Assembly (NCBI GenBank): GCA_964349285.1
Contig: CAYGFQ010000001.1
Location: 1-45,143 of the forward strand
Source: an uncultured Candidatus Saccharibacteria bacterium
Lineage (GTDB): Bacteria > Patescibacteriota > Minisyncoccia > Phycocordibacterales > Phycocordibacteraceae
Reading direction: 5' to 3'
Length of the DNA stretch: 45,143 nt
Of this stretch, positions 41,976-45,143 are shown in pieces. The position numbers and the translations under genes were made by a program. The notes beneath the pieces are model-generated. The model had not been told where the DNA came from, ran no database searches, and worked only from the letters and a program-made list of their open reading frames with translations. The number at the start of each line of letters is the position of its first letter. Within the stretch, counting starts at the first letter, position 1.

Positions 41976-42281
41976 ATGGATACTGACGCACTCTTTGAAC
42001 AGGTTTTGCAGCTCTATGAGAATGGCGATGAGCAGGCGCTTCGTGCCTTCCTCGTCGCTCATGTAAACGAGTTTCCTGAGGAAGTACGCAACCAAATCGT
42101 GTTCTTCTTCTTTGAAGAGGCGGTTACTGACCATGCAGAGGGGCTCGAGGAGAGTCGAGCACTCCTTGAAGAGGGGGCAGACACCCTCGAGACGCTCGGT
42201 GCCCTCAAGAAAGAGCTTGAAGATCGGCTTGGTGCCGAGGAGGTGCGGGCACGACTTGCAAAGCATCGCTCTAATTCCTAA
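41976..42281 (+). CDS. Small acidic helical protein, unknown function
   Basis: 101 aa, starts 4 nt after the upstream stop, Glu/Leu-rich. Confidence 0.5.
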   Translation: MDTDALFEQVLQLYENGDEQALRAFLVAHVNEFPEEVRNQIVFFFFEEAVTDHAEGLEESRALLEEGADTLETLGALKKELEDRLGAEEVRARLAKHRSNS

Positions 42282-42321
42282 CTACGTGCGCAAGTCCCCT
42301 CGGTAGCAGGGGATAATCGGG

Positions 42322-42327
42322 TATACT
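42322..42327 (+). promoter_or_regulatory. -10 box TATACT, 7 nt upstream of prgI-like ATG (leaderless)
   Basis: GGGTATACTGGGGGAGATG. Confidence 0.45.
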
Positions 42328-42334
42328 GGGGGAG

Positions 42335-42748
42335 ATGGAGTATCAAGTTCCTCAATTCATCGAGGTCGAGGATAAGATTTTTGGTCCCCTGACCCTGAAA
42401 CAGTTCATTTATATAGCCGGAGGTGCCGGTCTCTGTGCAGTTCTCCTGTTGACCCTTCCGCTTTTCATTGCTGTGGTACTTGCGATTCCAGTTGCAGCAT
42501 TTGCTGCTGCGCTCGCATTCTACAAAATAAACGGAAAACCCTTCATTGAGATTCTCGAGGCTGGCTTCACCTACTACATCGGGCGACGCCTCTATCTCTG
42601 GAAGAAGGTTAAGGAGGAGGCGGCAACTGTAGAACAAGCAGCACCCGCTCCTCAGGTTCTCCCGCAAGAAGGGCTCACGAGACGCAAGCTCGAAGCGCTC
42701 GCGCTTTCCCTTGATACGAAGCGGGGAAATGGAGAGGAAACTATCTAG
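42335..42748 (+). CDS. prgI: PrgI-family (VirB3-like) T4SS membrane protein
   Basis: MEYQVPQFIEVEDKIFGPLTLKQFIYIAGGAGL... followed by two TM helices is the characteristic PrgI-family N-terminus. Confidence 0.75.
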   Translation: MEYQVPQFIEVEDKIFGPLTLKQFIYIAGGAGLCAVLLLTLPLFIAVVLAIPVAAFAAALAFYKINGKPFIEILEAGFTYYIGRRLYLWKKVKEEAATVEQAAPAPQVLPQEGLTRRKLEALALSLDTKRGNGEETI

Positions 42749-42750
42749 CT

Positions 42751-43380
42751 ATGCCTACTGACGCCAAACCAACACAGACTTTCGTCCCCGTGAAAGAGGT
42801 GCGCGACGGGGTCGTCGTCCTCAAGGAGGGTGGCTACCGCGGTATTCTCATGTGCTCCTCGATTAACTTCGCGCTGAAGTCAGAAGACGAACAGAAGGCC
42901 GTGATTGGTGGCTTCCAGACCTTCTTAAATACGCTCGACTTCTCCGTTGAGATTGTCGTACACTCGAGGAAGATGGATATCCGACCGTACCTCGCTCATT
43001 TGCAAGAACGTATGGAGTCGCAAACAACCGAGCTCATGCGCATACAGCTCCGCGAATATATTCAATTCATCAAGAACTTCACTGAGGGGAGCGAAATCAT
43101 GACGAAGCTTTTCTATGTCGTTGTGCCGTATGAGGCGGGGGGCGTGAAGCAAGTCACAGGTTCTTTCTCACTCTTGGGGGGCAAGCAGACAGCGGCAGCA
43201 GAGGCGACTTCGTTTGAAGCCGACCGTGCACAGCTCAATCAACGTATGGCCTTGGTGTCCGGAGCACTCTCAAGCACCGGACTTCGTGCCGTTCCGCTTG
43301 GCACCGAAGAGGTGATTGAGCTCCTGTATCGCTCCTTTAACCTTGGCGAACTTGAAACGCCAATACGGCTTGAAAATTAA
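42751..43380 (+). CDS. Conserved T4SS-associated protein of unknown function, tightly coupled to the VirB4 gene
   Basis: 209 aa. FVPVKEVRDGVVVLKEGGYRGILMCSSINFALKSEDEQKAVIGGFQTFLNTLDF. Its stop at 43378-43380 is 1 nt before the VirB4 ATG. Confidence 0.65.
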   Translation: MPTDAKPTQTFVPVKEVRDGVVVLKEGGYRGILMCSSINFALKSEDEQKAVIGGFQTFLNTLDFSVEIVVHSRKMDIRPYLAHLQERMESQTTELMRIQLREYIQFIKNFTEGSEIMTKLFYVVVPYEAGGVKQVTGSFSLLGGKQTAAAEATSFEADRAQLNQRMALVSGALSSTGLRAVPLGTEEVIELLYRSFNLGELETPIRLEN

Positions 43381-43381
43381 T

Positions 43382-45143
43382 ATGGCACTCCTCGACTTCC
43401 TCAATCGAAAGCATAAGAACGAGCAGCCAGCTCCGACCTCTGTGCTGCCAGCAAATATCTATACGCAAAATGCGCTCAGCTTTGCTGACACCATTGCACC
43501 GGCTGCTCTGAAGGTTTTCTCGCGTGAGCTCCAGATTGGTGAGAAGTTCGCACGCACGTTCTACACCATTTCGTATCCTCGCTTCCTTACTGAAAGCTGG
43601 TTCTCCCCGGTCATCAACATGGCGCGGGTCTTTGATGTGGGCATCTTCATTCACCCAGTGCAGACAGAGCAGGCGCTTCGCAATTTCCAGCGAAAGGTGG
43701 CTGAGGTGCAAAGCCAAATTGCCGAGCGGGAAGAGAAGGGCCTTGTGCGTGACCCTATGCTCGACACGGCCTACCAGGACTTGGAATCGCTTCGCGACCA
43801 GCTCCAGCAAGCATCTGAGCGCCTCTTTGATGTAGGTGTCTATCTCACCGTGTATGGAGACTCTAAAGAGGAGCTCGACAAGATAGAAGGAGACATTCGC
43901 GGTATTCTCGACTCCCGTCTTGTGTACACAAAGCCTGCACTCTTCCAGCAGGAACAGGGTTTCCGTTCTACGCTTCCGCTTGCGCTTGATGAGCTTGCCG
44001 TCAATAACAAGCTGAACTCTTCGCCGCTCTCGTCTATTTTCCCCTTTGTTTCCTTCGACCTCACCTCTGATCGCGGCATTCTTTACGGCATCAACCGCCA
44101 CAACGCCTCGCTCATTCTCTTCGATCGTTTCTCCCTCGAAAACTACAACTCAGTCGTCTTCGCAAAGTCAGGCTCTGGTAAGTCCTATGCGGTGAAGCTC
44201 GAGATTCTGCGTTCCCTTATGTTCGGCACCGACGTTATCGTGATTGACCCGGAACGTGAATATGAGTATCTCGCCGAAGCAACCGGCGGCCGTCTCTTCA
44301 ACATCTCGCTCTCCTCCGAGCACCACATCAACCCGTTTGATCTGCCACCGGTCAAAGAAGACGAGAACCCGTCCGATATTCTCCGCGCGAACATCATTAA
44401 CCTCGTCGGTCTCTTCCGCATCATGCTCGGCGGCCTCACGCCTGAAGAGGACGCGATTGTCGACCGAGCAATTACCGAGACCTACGCCTTGAAAGACATT
44501 ACGGGCGAAGCAGACTTCACCGGACAAGAGCCGCCGTTGTTGTCTGACTTCGAGAACGTCCTTTCGGGTATGGAGGGCTCAAACTCGCTCGTGCAACGGC
44601 TTTCTAAGTACACGAAAGGTACGTGGTCAGGCTTCATCAACCAACCGACGAACGTGGACATCAATAAGCAATTCATCGTCTTCTCCGTACGCGATATGGA
44701 AGATGAGTTGAAGCCAGTTGCGATGTATATCGTTACGCACTTCATTTGGAATGCCGTTCGCCACGAATTGAAGAAGCGCCTCCTCGTTATCGACGAGGCG
44801 TGGTGGATGATGAAGTCGGAAGATACCGCCTCCTTCCTCTACTCGCTCGCAAAGCGCGGTCGTAAGTACTATCTCGGCGTTTCAACAATCACGCAGGACG
44901 TCGAGGACTTCCTTCGCTCTCCGTACGGCAAGCCTATTCTGACAAACTCATCGATTCAGCTTCTTCTCAAACAATCTCCAACAACGATTGATTTGCTGAA
45001 GGACATCTTCAATCTCACGGATGAAGAGAAGTACTTGCTCCTTGAGTCTGGGGTGGGAGAGGGTCTCTTTTTCGCCGGCTTGAAGCACGTCGCCATCAAG
45101 ATTGTTGCTTCTTACACCGAGGACCAGATCATTACCTCTGACC
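43382..45143 (+). CDS. virB4: VirB4/TraC-family T4SS ATPase (3' end outside the window)
   Basis: This ORF is not in the supplied track because it is open to the window end. My translation is MALLDFLNRKHKNEQP...IGEKFARTFYTISYPRFLTESWFSPVINM.... Walker A is FAKSGSGKSYAVK (about nt 44160-44198) and Walker B is KRLLVIDEAWWMM (about nt 44773-44811). RKYYLGVSTITQD follows. Confidence 0.9.
   Translation, partial: MALLDFLNRKHKNEQPAPTSVLPANIYTQNALSFADTIAPAALKVFSRELQIGEKFARTFYTISYPRFLTESWFSPVINMARVFDVGIFIHPVQTEQALRNFQRKVAEVQSQIAEREEKGLVRDPMLDTAYQDLESLRDQLQQASERLFDVGVYLTVYGDSKEELDKIEGDIRGILDSRLVYTKPALFQQEQGFRSTLPLALDELAVNNKLNSSPLSSIFPFVSFDLTSDRGILYGINRHNASLILFDRFSLENYNSVVFAKSGSGKSYAVKLEILRSLMFGTDVIVIDPEREYEYLAEATGGRLFNISLSSEHHINPFDLPPVKEDENPSDILRANIINLVGLFRIMLGGLTPEEDAIVDRAITETYALKDITGEADFTGQEPPLLSDFENVLSGMEGSNSLVQRLSKYTKGTWSGFINQPTNVDINKQFIVFSVRDMEDELKPVAMYIVTHFIWNAVRHELKKRLLVIDEAWWMMKSEDTASFLYSLAKRGRKYYLGVSTITQDVEDFLRSPYGKPILTNSSIQLLLKQSPTTIDLLKDIFNLTDEEKYLLLESGVGEGLFFAGLKHVAIKIVASYTEDQIITSD

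Noticed and set aside
43337-44101. A 254-aa minus-strand ORF, together with 44168..44527 and 44482..44745.
   Set aside because: All are antisense to the open-ended VirB4 reading frame, which shows clear Walker A and B motifs. The real gene is missing from the ORF track only because it has no stop codon in the window.
42751-45143. VirB4 as a frameshifted pseudogene split at 43380.
   Set aside because: The downstream ORF begins with a complete Gram-positive-type VirB4 N-terminus and its own ATG. The upstream ORF is a self-contained 209-aa protein. I kept the domain-paralogue idea as a hypothesis only.
1-45143. An alternative genetic code (UGA recoding, as in some CPR lineages).
   Set aside because: Long recognisable genes read through without in-frame TGA. 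Some genes, such as the XRE gene at 10584-10586, terminate at TGA at the expected protein length. The standard code 11 fits.

Overview
This 45.1-kb chromosomal window looks like a small-genome, Gram-positive-type bacterium of the CPR/Patescibacteria (Parcubacteria-like) kind. That origin is inferred from gene content: TrmB-type regulators, giant surface proteins, peptidoglycan-binding and LysM/M23 wall proteins, a PrgI/VirB4 cluster and very short intergenic regions. I call about 50 CDS and 4 tRNAs: Gly-UCC, Pro-UGG, Gly-GCC and Arg-UCG, none with an encoded CCA. Several GC-rich intrinsic terminators are also present. Housekeeping genes recognised are rny (5' partial), hup, rarA, cca, xth, rpsO, pcrA/uvrD, rsmA, a XerC/D recombinase and a DksA/TraR zinc finger. 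Seven things deserve a second look. (1) Six matches to the ParB-binding parS consensus TGTTNCACGTGAAACA lie within 1.1 kb, three of them inside the cca ORF in two reading frames. (2) The adjacent 449-bp non-coding gap, very long for this genome, holds a nested-hairpin candidate ncRNA with its own -10 box. It also holds a composite GGACAT+DnaA-box repeat that flanks xth. (3) A type IV secretion-like locus spans 35.1 kb to the window end, with VirB5/TrbJ-like, VirB6/TrbL-like, PrgI and VirB4 genes plus unknown partners. No relaxase or coupling protein is visible. (4) A 1814-aa wall-anchored surface protein has an internal module duplication, and a separate peptidoglycan-binding protein carries a hyper-acidic repeat tail. 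(5) Almost all native genes have a -10 box 6-9 nt upstream of the start codon, implying leaderless mRNAs. (6) Five small genes instead use strong Shine-Dalgarno sites. (7) An oxidoreductase trio is unexpected for a reduced genome. No CRISPR array, rRNA or transposase was seen.
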